From the NCBI GenBank assembly GCA_965249575.1, contig OZ252244.1, positions 142,612 to 206,611 of the forward strand: 64,000 nucleotides of DNA. Direction: 5' to 3'. Under the pieces are notes generated by a model, which saw only the letters and a list, made by a program, of their open reading frames with translations, made no database searches and had not been told where the DNA came from. Positions 19,005 to 28,897 of this stretch are shown piece by piece; the first letter of the stretch is position 1; every line of letters begins with the position of its first letter. The position numbers were made by a program, and so were the translations under genes. The stretch is from Gemmatimonadales bacterium. GTDB lineage: Bacteria; Gemmatimonadota; Gemmatimonadetes; Gemmatimonadales; GWC2-71-9.

Positions 19005-21575
19005 ATGACCAAGCGTTTCGGTACCGCTTTCTGTCTCGTCGTCGCGGCCTAGCTGGCCTGCGACGAAGACCCGCTCCGTCCCTCGACGACCGGGAGTATC
19101 GTCGTTCAACTGGTGACTCCCGCGCCCGCGGTTCCTGCGGCGTCCGAAGCGGCGGAACCGGAGACGGGGTCACCAGTCTCGTCGGGGATCGCGCCTGGCG
19201 AGTCGAACGACGGTGACGCGGAGGAAGAGGGGCTTTCCCTGAGCCGAGTCCCGGCGGGCGCGGCGGCCCGAGCTGCCGCCTCGCAGACGAGCACCGCCTC
19301 GGCGCTCGTGCTCGACTCGGTGCGGGTCTCGGTGGCCGGACCGACACCCCGCACGGTCGTCGCTCGGACGCCGAGTGGTGGCGTATTCAACGTCACCGTC
19401 GATCAACTCAACCCGGGCACCTACGCGGTGGCGGTCGAGGGGGTCTCAAACAACCAGGTCGACTTCTTCGGGCAGTCGACCGGCGTATCGGTCAACGCCG
19501 GCCTGGCGACGACCACGCCGGTCACGTTTACGTCGTTCCGGCCCATTCTGGCCACCTTCACCCCGAATCCCACGACGTCCCTGGTCCTCCCGGTGACCTT
19601 CAGCGCCGTCCCCCTCGCGACGGGCTACCGCGTGGCGTGGGATACCGACATGGCGTTCACCAATCCGACCACGCTCGATGTGGGGGTGCAGACGAGTGGC
19701 GACATCGCGGTGACGGACGTGGGGACCTACTACGTAACCGTCCAGGCACAAAACCCCATTACGGGCTTTGGGCGGGCGAGCGACCTGGAATCGGTCGACG
19801 TCGTCACGGATATTACCTCGAGCGGCGACGATGCAGGATCTGCGCCGTTGCTCGGGTTCGGGATCGGCATAAACCAGACTCTCTCCGACCTGAACATTTT
19901 CCCGGACACCGATGTGGACTGGTTCCAGTTCCAGGCGTGCGCCGGAGACTCCGTGTTCGTCGAAACGTTCGCTGACGGGCTGGTTCCACCGTCGAATCTC
20001 AACACCTTTCTGCACCTGTTCGCATCCGATGGGACCACCGCACTCGATGCCAATGACGATCTGGACACCAACACCGTCGACTCGTACGTCGAGGCCGAGC
20101 TGCCCGCCGACGGCGTCTACTACATAACCGTCGAAGCCTCCAACGCCGCCACGGTCGGCCACTACGAGCTGGACCTCCAGGTTTGGGAGGGCGCCAACAA
20201 CAACGGAACGTCCTGCGGTCCGCTGGCCACGGCAGTGGCCGTGTCGCCGGATGGCGCCTCCAACACCGTAGGGGGTTTCTCGACCTTCGTCGCGACAGCC
20301 TTCGACGTTGGAATGAACCCCATCCCCGGCAAGTTCATCAACTGGGCCTCGCTGAACCCCAACGTCGCGACGGTCGACGCTTCGGGTCAGGTGACGGCCG
20401 TCGCCGCCGGGCAGGCGATCATTTCGGCTGAGGCCGATGGTGCCAAGGACTATGCGGTCTTCACCGTCGAGGAAGCCGCGGCGACCTTCCCGGTGAATAT
20501 CTGGGCCGCGGACATCGCCATGCAGACACCGCGACTACGCGATGTGTGGGGAACCGCTCCGGACAACGTGTGGGCGGTGGGAAGCGGCTCGACCATCATG
20601 CACTACGACGGAGCGTCTTGGAACTCCGTGCCCCCTCCAGTCACCGGCCAATTCCTACACGGTATTTGGGGCAGTTCCGCTGACAACATCTACACAGTGG
20701 GGGGCAATGGGACAGTCTTCCACTACGACGGCAACGGCTGGGCCGACGTTACCCCGAGTTCCGGATTCACGACGGAGATCCTGACTGGTGTCTGGGGATC
20801 GTCACCCAGTGACATCTACGCCGTGGGCTTCGCGGGAACGATCGCACATTACGACGGGAGCGCGTGGAGTATCGTGACCCCCGCTCCGACCTCAGAGGCG
20901 CTCCGGGACGTGTGGGGCACATCGGAAAGTGATGTCTGGGCGGTGGGCAATATGGGAGCGATCTTGCATTTCGATGGCACGTCGTGGAGCGCGGACCCGG
21001 CCTCCGGAATCCTCACGACGGAAACGCTGCAGAGCATCTGGGGGTTCGCCGCCGACGATATCGAGGTCGTCGGCAACAACGGCACTCACCTCCACCGCAA
21101 CGCGGTGGGTTGGTCAGATCAATCGTCGGCCGGATACCTGGGATCCCCGCTGTTTGGATTCTGGGGCTCCACTGCGGGCGAGACCGCCGGCGGCGTGGTC
21201 ATCCTGGATTTCGGGATCGCCAAGGCCCTGTCAAAGGACGGCGGGAACCTGTCGATCAGCGGTGAGCTGCTCGGCTCGCCGGCGTACCTCAGCCCGGAGC
21301 AGGCGGCAGGATCGAAGGACCTGGACCACCGCGTAGATATCTACAGTTGGGGAGTGGTGAGCTATCAACTGCTGACCGGCCGCTTGCCCTTCACCGGCGA
21401 CTCCGTGCAACAGATGCTGTACCAGCACATGACCGCTCCACCACCCCCACTCCGGGATCTTCGACCCGAGACACCGCCCAGACTCATCACGGTCGTCGAG
21501 CGCTGCTTGGAGAAGGACCCGGATCGACGGTGGCAAGGCCTCGCCGACGCGGCGCGAGAGCTGGAAGCGCTTTAG
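19005..21575 (+). pseudogene. Lipoprotein-type surface protein (PPC domain, Big_2 domain, 5+ propeller-like repeats) with an in-frame TAG in the signal peptide and a C-terminal fused Ser/Thr-kinase C-lobe fragment
   Basis: ATG 19005 is in frame with track ORF 19113.. and reads MTKRFGTAFCLVVAA-TAG(19050-19052)-LACDEDP. PPC-like DVDWFQFQACAGDSV...NDDLD...GVYYITVEA. Big_2-like VAVSPDG...ATVDASGQVTAVAAGQAIISA. Five repeats of about 48 aa have the form WG(T/S)xxxD(V/I)(W/Y)AVGxxGT(I/V)xHYDGxxW. From about 21195 the sequence is ILDFGIAKAL...YLSPEQ...DIYSWGVVSYQLLTGRLPF...CLEKDPDRRW, which corresponds to kinase subdomains VII-XI only. Confidence 0.7.
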
Positions 21576-21655
21576 CTCTTTCAACGCGCGCGCCGCACAC
21601 CGATTAACTTACTCCCCCGAACGACCCCGTTTTCGCACGCCGAGGAGGCATCGAT

Positions 21656-23056
21656 ATGCCCACACCGGGCTCCGACGCCCAGCCGCTCCGTGTGGCCATC
21701 ATCGGCTCCGGTCCGGCTGGATTCTACGTGGCCCAGCGGCTCCTCATGCAGAAAGAGCACGTCGTTCAGGTCGACATGTACGACCGGCTCCCCGCCCCGT
21801 TCGGTCTGGTACGATTCGGCGTCGCCCCCGATCATCAAGAGATCAAGGCAGTTACCCGCGTCTTCGACAAGGTGGCGGCGCGAGAGGGTTTTCGGTTCTT
21901 CGGCAACGTCGACATCGGCGAGCATCTCACACTCGACGACCTCAAGCGGCACTACCATCAGATCTGTTTCGCGACGGGCGCGCAGACGGACCGCCGCATG
22001 GGGATCCCGGGCGAGGACCTCGACCGGAGCCATGCCGCAACGGAGTTCGTAGCCTGGTATAACGGACACCCCGACTACCGGGACAGCGAATTCGATCTCT
22101 CGGTCGAACGGGTCGCGGTGGTCGGCGTGGGGAACGTCGCGGTTGATGTCGCGCGCATCCTTTGCCGCTCGCACGAGGAGCTGGCAGCGACCGATATCGC
22201 CGACTACGCTCTCGATGCACTCAACCACAGCCGAGTCAAGGAAGTTTACATGCTCGGCCGCCGGGGCCCCGCACAAGCTGCGTTCACGAATCCGGAGATT
22301 TGCGAGCTGGGCGAAATGCCATGCGCCGACATCGCCGTCCGCACGGAGGAGGTCGAGCTAGACGACCTGACCCGCGCGGTGGTCGAAGAGCGGAAAGACA
22401 AGTCAACCAACAAGAAAATCGAGATTCTCCAGGGATTCACCACCCTCGTTCCAAAGGGACACCCGCGTAGGCTCACCGTACGGTTCCTGGTCTCTCCAGT
22501 AGAACTGATCGGAAACGACGCCGGCGAGGTGACGGGACTCCGACTGGTGCGAAACGTCCTGCGCTCGAGCGAGAACGGGACGCTGCGTCCCAAGGCAACC
22601 GACCGGTTCGAGGAGCTGCCCGTCGGCATGGTGTTTCGATCGGTCGGATACCACGGCATCCCGTTGCCCGATCTCCCCTTCGACGAGAAATCCGGTGTCG
22701 TTCCGAACGAAAAGGGTGGAGTAGTCGATCTCGGCGGCAATCGGATAGCCGGGATCTACGTGAGCGGATGGATCAAGCGCGGGCCGACCGGCGTGATCGG
22801 AACCAATAAACCCGACGCAGCGCAGACGGTGCGCACGATGCTTGAAGATCGGGGTACGGGAAACACACTCGACCCTGCATCACCCGACCCACAGTCCATT
22901 GAACGCCTGATTCGTGACAGAAGCCCCGCGTTCGTATCGTACGCCGATTGGCAGGCTCTCGATCGCCTCGAGATCGAACGGGGGGAAGTGATGGGGAAAC
23001 CTCGCGCGAAGTTCGTGACGGCGGACGAGATGCTCGCTGCGCTCAACCGGGCCTAG
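21656..23056 (+). CDS. Ferredoxin-NADP+ reductase, FprA/adrenodoxin-reductase-like
   Basis: 466 aa with the N-terminal FAD fold VAIIGSGPAGFYVA and a second nucleotide fold VAVVGVGNVAVDVARIL. Overall architecture matches FprA-type reductases. Confidence 0.85.
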   Translation: MPTPGSDAQPLRVAIIGSGPAGFYVAQRLLMQKEHVVQVDMYDRLPAPFGLVRFGVAPDHQEIKAVTRVFDKVAAREGFRFFGNVDIGEHLTLDDLKRHYHQICFATGAQTDRRMGIPGEDLDRSHAATEFVAWYNGHPDYRDSEFDLSVERVAVVGVGNVAVDVARILCRSHEELAATDIADYALDALNHSRVKEVYMLGRRGPAQAAFTNPEICELGEMPCADIAVRTEEVELDDLTRAVVEERKDKSTNKKIEILQGFTTLVPKGHPRRLTVRFLVSPVELIGNDAGEVTGLRLVRNVLRSSENGTLRPKATDRFEELPVGMVFRSVGYHGIPLPDLPFDEKSGVVPNEKGGVVDLGGNRIAGIYVSGWIKRGPTGVIGTNKPDAAQTVRTMLEDRGTGNTLDPASPDPQSIERLIRDRSPAFVSYADWQALDRLEIERGEVMGKPRAKFVTADEMLAALNRA

Positions 23057-23061
23057 AACGG

Positions 23062-23970
23062 ATGCCTTCGGAATTACTCGTCTACGTCAACGGCCAACTG
23101 GTTCCCCGCTCCGAGGCACACGTGTCCGTATTCGACGCGGGCTTTCAGTCCGGGGATGGGATATGGGAAGGCCTCCGGATCTACCACGGTCGGGTGTTCG
23201 AGTTGGACGCTCACATGAATCGCCTGTATGACTCCGCCAAGGCGCTGTCCATGGAGGTGCCGCTCTCGAGGCCGGAGCTGGACGATGCCCTGTGCGAGAC
23301 ACTTCGAGCGAACGAGCTATATCACGACGCGCATGTCAGACTCATGGTGAGCCGCGGAGAGCGACGCACCTCGGGCATGGATCCCACGTTCGTCGAAGGG
23401 CGCCCGGGCACTGTCGTAATCATCGCGGAGCACAAGCCGCCGATATTCGACAAGAACGGCGTGCGGCTCGTGGCGTCGAGCGTGCGCCGCCCGTCACCCG
23501 ACACCCTGGATCCCCGGATACACCACGCCAACCAGTTGAATTCCATCCTCGCCAAACTCGAGGCGAACCGCGCCCAAGTCGACGGCGCGATCATGCTCGA
23601 CCGGAACGACTTCGTCGCTGAGTCCGACGCGGCAAATCTCTTCATCGCGAAGGAGGACGAGCTGGCAACCCCCAATGCGACGGCCTGCTTGCACGGCATC
23701 ACTCGTGGCCTCGTCATCCAGGAGGCGCGCAGCGCTGGCATTCCGATTCTCGAGCGGGATGTCTCGCTACTCGAAGTGCACACCGCAGACGAGGTGTTCC
23801 TCACGGGAACCATCGGCGAGATCGTTCCGGTCATCGAGGTAGACGGCCGTACCATCGGCGCGGGCGCGCCGGGCCCGATGACACTTCGCCTCGCAGACCG
23901 CTATCGGACGCTTACCGACCAGACCGGCGTCCCGATCCCCGGCGTGACTGCGGCGCGCGGTCGCTCGTGA
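23062..23970 (+). CDS. Class IV aminotransferase (branched-chain / D-amino-acid aminotransferase or aminodeoxychorismate-lyase family)
   Basis: ATG 23062. VSVFDAGFQSGDGIWEGLRIYHG and EVFLTGTIGEIVPVIEVDGR are fold-type IV PLP enzyme patterns. Confidence 0.85.
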   Translation: MPSELLVYVNGQLVPRSEAHVSVFDAGFQSGDGIWEGLRIYHGRVFELDAHMNRLYDSAKALSMEVPLSRPELDDALCETLRANELYHDAHVRLMVSRGERRTSGMDPTFVEGRPGTVVIIAEHKPPIFDKNGVRLVASSVRRPSPDTLDPRIHHANQLNSILAKLEANRAQVDGAIMLDRNDFVAESDAANLFIAKEDELATPNATACLHGITRGLVIQEARSAGIPILERDVSLLEVHTADEVFLTGTIGEIVPVIEVDGRTIGAGAPGPMTLRLADRYRTLTDQTGVPIPGVTAARGRS

Positions 23971-25316
23971 GCGACGGATTGTCCCCTTCGCAACCGTCCA
24001 AGCCGGTCCGGCTCGAGCGGGCCCTTGGCCGGTGGGATCTCACGGCGATCGGCGTCAATCAGACGATCGGCGCCGGGGTGTTCTTCGTCCCCGCACTTGT
24101 TGCGGGGCACGTCGGACCGTGGAGTCCGATCCTGTTCTTGGCCATCGGCGTTTCGACCCTCCTGGTCGCGCTGTGCTTCGCCGAGGTCGGCAGCCGGTTT
24201 GACGGCACGGGTGGGCCTTACCTCTACACCCGAGCGGCGTTCGGTCGTTTTTTCTCCTTCGAGATCGGCTGGATGCAGTGGTTCATGCGGGTCACCGCAC
24301 AGGCGTCGGTGATCAACGGCCTCGTGCTCGCGCTGGGTTTCTATTGGCCGAACATCACGGGGGGTGCGGGCCGAGTCGCGATCATCACCGGCGTAATCGT
24401 CTCTTTGGCGGCGGTGAACGTGCGCGGCGTGCGACAGGCTGCCTGGGTCGTCGACATGCTGACCATCGGCAAGCTCATTCCGCTCGCCATTTTCATTCTG
24501 GTTGGGATGTTTTTCGTTGACGTGGCTCGCGTGACACCCACGGAGCCGATCACGACATCGGACGCCTTGGCAGGCGCGCTCCTGCTGATTTTCATCTTCG
24601 GCGGGTTCGATGTCATCCCTGTTCCCGCCGGTGAATCGCGAGACCCCAAGAGACATGTGCCATTTGCGCTCGTGATGACCGTGGTTGGGATCACAGGGAT
24701 CAACACGTTGGTCGCGGTGGTCGCGGTGGGGACGCTGCCCACGCTGGCGTCGTCTGAGACACCCTTGGCCGACGCCGCGCTGGCGTTCATGGGGGTGTCC
24801 GGCGCGCTCCTGGTGGGAATCGGATCCGTCATCTCGATAGCCGGCAACACCGCGAACCAGATACTCACTGGATCCCGCACCCTTTACGCCCTGGCCGAGA
24901 ACGGCGATCTGCCCCGCGTGCTGGGACGCGTGCACCGCTCGTACCACACCCCGGCCAACACGATCATCTTCACCGCCGGCGTTGCGCTCGTGCTCGCGCT
25001 GTCGGGCTCCTTCGCCGCACTCGCCGCTGCCAGCGCGCTCGCGCGGCTCTTGATCTACGTGGGGGTTTGCGCCTCCACTCTCCGACTGCGGCGGTCTACC
25101 GTTCACCAGAAACTCCATCCGGCGCAGTACATCCTGCCGTTCGGCGCCGTGATCCCTGCACTCGCCATTCTCTCGGCCCTTTTGATCGTGCTGGGCCTCA
25201 CGATGCAGCACATCGTGACTGGCCTCGCCGCCCTGGTCGCGGGAGCCGCTCTCTTCTGGTGGAGGGTGCGGGTCGAAGGACGAGGCGAAACAGAAAAACC
25301 GGACGCCGGAGCCTAG
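23967..25316 (+). CDS. APC-family amino acid permease
   Basis: 449 aa with about 12 TM segments. DLTAIGVNQTIGAGVFF is the APC signature region. GTGA overlap with the upstream aminotransferase. Confidence 0.9.
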   Translation: MSDGLSPSQPSKPVRLERALGRWDLTAIGVNQTIGAGVFFVPALVAGHVGPWSPILFLAIGVSTLLVALCFAEVGSRFDGTGGPYLYTRAAFGRFFSFEIGWMQWFMRVTAQASVINGLVLALGFYWPNITGGAGRVAIITGVIVSLAAVNVRGVRQAAWVVDMLTIGKLIPLAIFILVGMFFVDVARVTPTEPITTSDALAGALLLIFIFGGFDVIPVPAGESRDPKRHVPFALVMTVVGITGINTLVAVVAVGTLPTLASSETPLADAALAFMGVSGALLVGIGSVISIAGNTANQILTGSRTLYALAENGDLPRVLGRVHRSYHTPANTIIFTAGVALVLALSGSFAALAAASALARLLIYVGVCASTLRLRRSTVHQKLHPAQYILPFGAVIPALAILSALLIVLGLTMQHIVTGLAALVAGAALFWWRVRVEGRGETEKPDAGA

Positions 25317-26116
25317 CGGCCGGAGTAACGCGGCTCGCGCTTCTCGACGAACGACCGCAGGCCCTCCGCGGCGTCCTCGCTCGCGAGACACTCCATGAGA
25401 GCATCGACCTCGAGCTGCAGTGCACCCTCGAGGTCGAGCTGCTGCGCTCGCAAGAGTCCCCGCTTGAGCAGTCGCACGGAGATCGGTGCGTTCGCGCCGA
25501 TGGTGCGGGCCACCTCGGTCGCCGTGGACAACAGGTTCTCGGGAGCGACGACCTCGCTCACGAGCCCCAGGTCGCGCGCCTCGGCCGCCGCGACGTTCCT
25601 CCCAGTGAGCAGGAGCTCGAAGGCGCGGCCGTAGCCGATCAACTTCGGGAGCAGGAAGAGCACTCCGTTCGTCACGAAGAGCCCTCGTTTCACCTCCGCG
25701 AACGAGAACGTTGCGTTGCTCGAAGCGATACGAACGTCGCACACGATGCTCAGCTCGATTCCGAAACCGGTGGCAATCCCGTTTACCGCCGCAATCACCG
25801 GCTTTGCGTCGTCCACAACCCGTCGTGTGATCTCCTGCACCCGCAGGACCCGCTCCCGCCACCGCTCGACGGAGGCCTCGCCCGTGAGGAGCTGCGCCGC
25901 TTCCTTCAGATCCTCGCCCGCGGAAAACGCCCGCCCGGAGCCGGTAAGCACCAATGCGCCAGCGCTCTCATCATCCCGAAACCGATCGAGCACGTCGAGG
26001 AGCTCACGGTAAGTAGAGTCCCGGAACGCATTCAAGCGTTCGGGCCGGCTAAAGGTCGCCACGGCGACCCCGTCGGACGTCGCGTAACGGATGTCGTTGA
26101 GTTCCACGGAGCTCAA
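25313..26116 (-). CDS. Enoyl-CoA hydratase/isomerase (crotonase) family protein
   Basis: 267 aa. VLTGSGRAFSAGEDL and PVIAAVNGIATGFGIELS are oxyanion-hole motifs. TTG start at 26116. Confidence 0.9.
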   Translation of the reverse strand: MSSVELNDIRYATSDGVAVATFSRPERLNAFRDSTYRELLDVLDRFRDDESAGALVLTGSGRAFSAGEDLKEAAQLLTGEASVERWRERVLRVQEITRRVVDDAKPVIAAVNGIATGFGIELSIVCDVRIASSNATFSFAEVKRGLFVTNGVLFLLPKLIGYGRAFELLLTGRNVAAAEARDLGLVSEVVAPENLLSTATEVARTIGANAPISVRLLKRGLLRAQQLDLEGALQLEVDALMECLASEDAAEGLRSFVEKREPRYSGR

Positions 26117-26247
26117 TTCCGTCCCCCCCCCGGCGCGATAGGCCTAATGCACGGGTGCTTCTACCGGGTAGCCGATCGTTTCGCAGTACCCGACGTGCGA
26201 GCCCCCAGTGATCGTCCGTAATCCCGAACGCCGGAGGATAGTGACTT

Positions 26248-28674
26248 GTGGCCATCGGTTGCGCAACCATCCAAGATTTGAAACACCACCGGCCGGTGGC
26301 CATCAAGGTGCTGAACCCGGACCTGGCCGTTCAGAGCGAGCGTTTTCTCCGCGAAATCAAGATCGCTGCAAGCCTTCAGCACCCCCATATCGTCCCGCTC
26401 TACGACTCAGGCACGACCGGCGACCTCTTGTACTACGTCATGGCGTACGTAGAAGGCGAGTCACTCCGCGACCGGCTCGCCCGGGAAGAGCAGCTGTCCC
26501 TCGACGACGCGATTCGGGTCACGTCCGAGGTCTCCAGCGCGCTCGCGTACGCTCACTCGCACGGTGTAGTGCACCGAGACGTCAAGCCGGAGAACATCTT
26601 GCTGTCGGGCGACACCGCCGTCGTCGCGGACTTCGGCATCGCCCGGGCGCTGGAGGCAGCTGGCGACCACCATCTGACCCAGACCGGAACGGTCATCGGG
26701 ACGCCGTTTTATATGAGCCCGGAACAGGCCACCGCCGGCGGAGAGATCGATGGCCGGAGCGACCAATATAGCCTGGCGTGTGTTCTTTACGAGTGTCTGG
26801 TAGGGGAGGCTCCGTTCACCGGCCCCACACCGCAGGCAGTAATGGCCCGGCACTCGCTCGACGCCGTCTCTCCACCCACGATCGTGCGCGACACCATCCC
26901 CGATGCCGTCGAGGACGCGCTGCTCAGGGCACTTTCCAAGCTCCCAGCCGACCGTTTCGCTACGACCCACCTGTTCGCCGAGGCCCTCCACACACCCTCG
27001 GGGACCACGGGCGCACGCCGGCATACGGCATCGGCCCACCCGATGGCACCCCGCCGCAGCCGATTGATACAAAACCTGGCACTGGCTTTCACTCCCCTCA
27101 CGATCGTGGCGGCGGCGTGGGGTGCGTGGTCGTGGTGGCGAAACGCTGGGCCCTCGGACACGGAGCCCCCGGGCGGCGGACTGGATCCTCATCGAATCGC
27201 CGTGCTCTACTTCGACGACCTCGGAAACGATCAGAGCTTGGAACACTTGGCGGGCGGATTCACCGAGGCACTCATTCAGGAGCTCGGCCGCGTGTCCGCG
27301 CTGCAAGTAATCTCCCGAAACGGCGTCTTGCCGTACCGCGACGCGCGGGTGGCGCCGGACAGCATTGCGCGCGCGCTCCGCGCCGGGACCCTCGTCGAGG
27401 GCACGGTCGCCGAAAGCGGCGGTCGCCTGCGGGTGAGGGTAAGTCTCATCAACGCGCGCACTGGGACCACGTTTGGCAGCAAGACGCTCGAACGTCCTCG
27501 AACGGAGATCTTCGAGCTTCAAGACGACCTCGCCGGTGAGGTCTCGATCTTCCTCCGCGAGCGCCTCGGGCAAGAGATCGCGCTGCAGCGAAGCCGCGCC
27601 GGTACGGAGAACGCCGGCGCCTGGGAACTCCTGCAAGAGGCCCAGCAGGCCGCTCGTGATGCCGACGCCCTCCTTGCCACAGGCGATGCCGCCGCGGCAT
27701 CCAGACTCCTCACGCAGGCGGATTCTCTGCTCGGTGCAGCGGAATCGCGCGATGAGCGCTGGGTGCGCCCCGTGGTCGAGCGCGCGCGCGTGGCCTACCG
27801 ACAGGCCCGAGTCGCCGAGACGGTCGGAAAGCCGGATTGGCTGAGGACCGGCGTCAAGCACGCCGAACGCGCCCTGGCACTCGAGCCCCGCGAGGCCGAC
27901 GCGCTCGAGCTGCGGGGCACCCTACGTTACTACAGCTGGATTTTCAGCCTGACACCGGATCCCGCGGCAGCGTCGCAGGCGTTCGCGGAAGCGGAGGCGG
28001 ACCTCCGCGCCGCGGTCGCGGCGAACGGCGCGCAGGCATCCGCGTGGAGCACGCTGAGCCACCTCCTGTCGAACAAATCCGAAACGGCCGAGTCGAAGCT
28101 GGCCGCTCTTCGAGCGTACGAGGCCGATCCGTATCTCAACACAACCGACGTGAGTCTGTGGCGGCTGTTCACCAGTTCCTACGATCTCGAAGATCCGGTC
28201 GAGGCGGCGCACTGGTGCGACGAAGGGGGCAGGCGTTTCCCCGCGGACTTTCGGTTTGCAGAGTGCCGGCTGTGGCTACTCACGTTCGCCGGCCAGCGGC
28301 CGGACATCGAGAAGGCCTGGGATCTCCTGGATCGCTACGAGGAGCGGGTCAGTCCGAGCGACCGGGAATACCGTCGCTTGCGGGGACAGATGGCCGTCGC
28401 GGCCGCGCTGGTACGGGCGGGACTACAAGACAGTGCCCGGACCGTGCTAGCCGCGTCGCGAGCCGACGCCTCCGTCGATCCCGCCAGGGACCTGATGTAC
28501 CTCGAAGCGTTCGTCCGCAGCATACTGGGCGATCACGACGAAGCGATCAGGCTCCTGACCACGTTCCTCGCGATCAATCCGGAGCAGCGTTCCTCATTGA
28601 CGGAGGATGAGTCCTGGTGGTTCCGGAAGCTCAAGGCCGACGAGCGCTTCAAACGGCTCGCGGGCGCGGGTTGA
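26248..28674 (+). CDS. Ser/Thr protein kinase with TM, TolB-like and TPR-rich C-terminal region; 5' end truncated (no Gly-rich loop)
   Basis: The callable ORF starts at GTG 26248 inside beta2 (VAIGCATIQDLKHHRPVAIKVL). HRDVKPENILL, DFGIARAL and SPEQ are present, followed by TM LALAFTPLTIVAAAWGAWSWW. Then IAVLYFDDLGND...LVEGTVAESGGRLRVRVSLINA (TolB_N-like) and TPR-like helices. In frame immediately upstream I read ...NAGG-TAG-TGA-L. Confidence 0.8.
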   Translation: MAIGCATIQDLKHHRPVAIKVLNPDLAVQSERFLREIKIAASLQHPHIVPLYDSGTTGDLLYYVMAYVEGESLRDRLAREEQLSLDDAIRVTSEVSSALAYAHSHGVVHRDVKPENILLSGDTAVVADFGIARALEAAGDHHLTQTGTVIGTPFYMSPEQATAGGEIDGRSDQYSLACVLYECLVGEAPFTGPTPQAVMARHSLDAVSPPTIVRDTIPDAVEDALLRALSKLPADRFATTHLFAEALHTPSGTTGARRHTASAHPMAPRRSRLIQNLALAFTPLTIVAAAWGAWSWWRNAGPSDTEPPGGGLDPHRIAVLYFDDLGNDQSLEHLAGGFTEALIQELGRVSALQVISRNGVLPYRDARVAPDSIARALRAGTLVEGTVAESGGRLRVRVSLINARTGTTFGSKTLERPRTEIFELQDDLAGEVSIFLRERLGQEIALQRSRAGTENAGAWELLQEAQQAARDADALLATGDAAAASRLLTQADSLLGAAESRDERWVRPVVERARVAYRQARVAETVGKPDWLRTGVKHAERALALEPREADALELRGTLRYYSWIFSLTPDPAAASQAFAEAEADLRAAVAANGAQASAWSTLSHLLSNKSETAESKLAALRAYEADPYLNTTDVSLWRLFTSSYDLEDPVEAAHWCDEGGRRFPADFRFAECRLWLLTFAGQRPDIEKAWDLLDRYEERVSPSDREYRRLRGQMAVAAALVRAGLQDSARTVLAASRADASVDPARDLMYLEAFVRSILGDHDEAIRLLTTFLAINPEQRSSLTEDESWWFRKLKADERFKRLAGAG

Positions 28675-28897
28675 TTGAAGAAGGGTCGGGCGCGGAGCTT
28701 GTCCGTCGGTTGGGGCGCGGGCGCTACAAAACGACCGCGGCTTCATTCTGGCATTCGCGATCCCATCCGTCGATCAGGTAATCGCTTAGAGGACTGTCAC
28801 TTACCGCTCTCGACGGGGCTCGAAACTTGCGCATCACACCCACATCCTTCCCGAACTCACACGCAGGACCGAATACCGCCGTTCCCAGGAGCAACCA

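Noticed and set aside
19050-19052. TAG as a recoded (pyrrolysine or read-through) codon
   Set aside because: TAG terminates several well-supported neighbouring genes (esterase, MFS, FprA-like, APC permease, AI-2E). No pyl genes are present. A simple nonsense mutation or base error is more parsimonious.
23901-25862. 653-aa minus-strand ORF
   Set aside because: Antisense shadow of the APC permease and aminotransferase genes. Composition is dominated by R/G/E/D runs, whereas the plus-strand genes have clear family motifs.
26147-26221. MHGCFYRVADRFAV... as the ancestral N-terminus of kinase 3
   Set aside because: ADRF resembles the (L/A)DRY motif often seen before the Gly-rich loop. However, the distance to the GG remnant is off by about 26 nt, and the rest has no similarity. 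This is too speculative.
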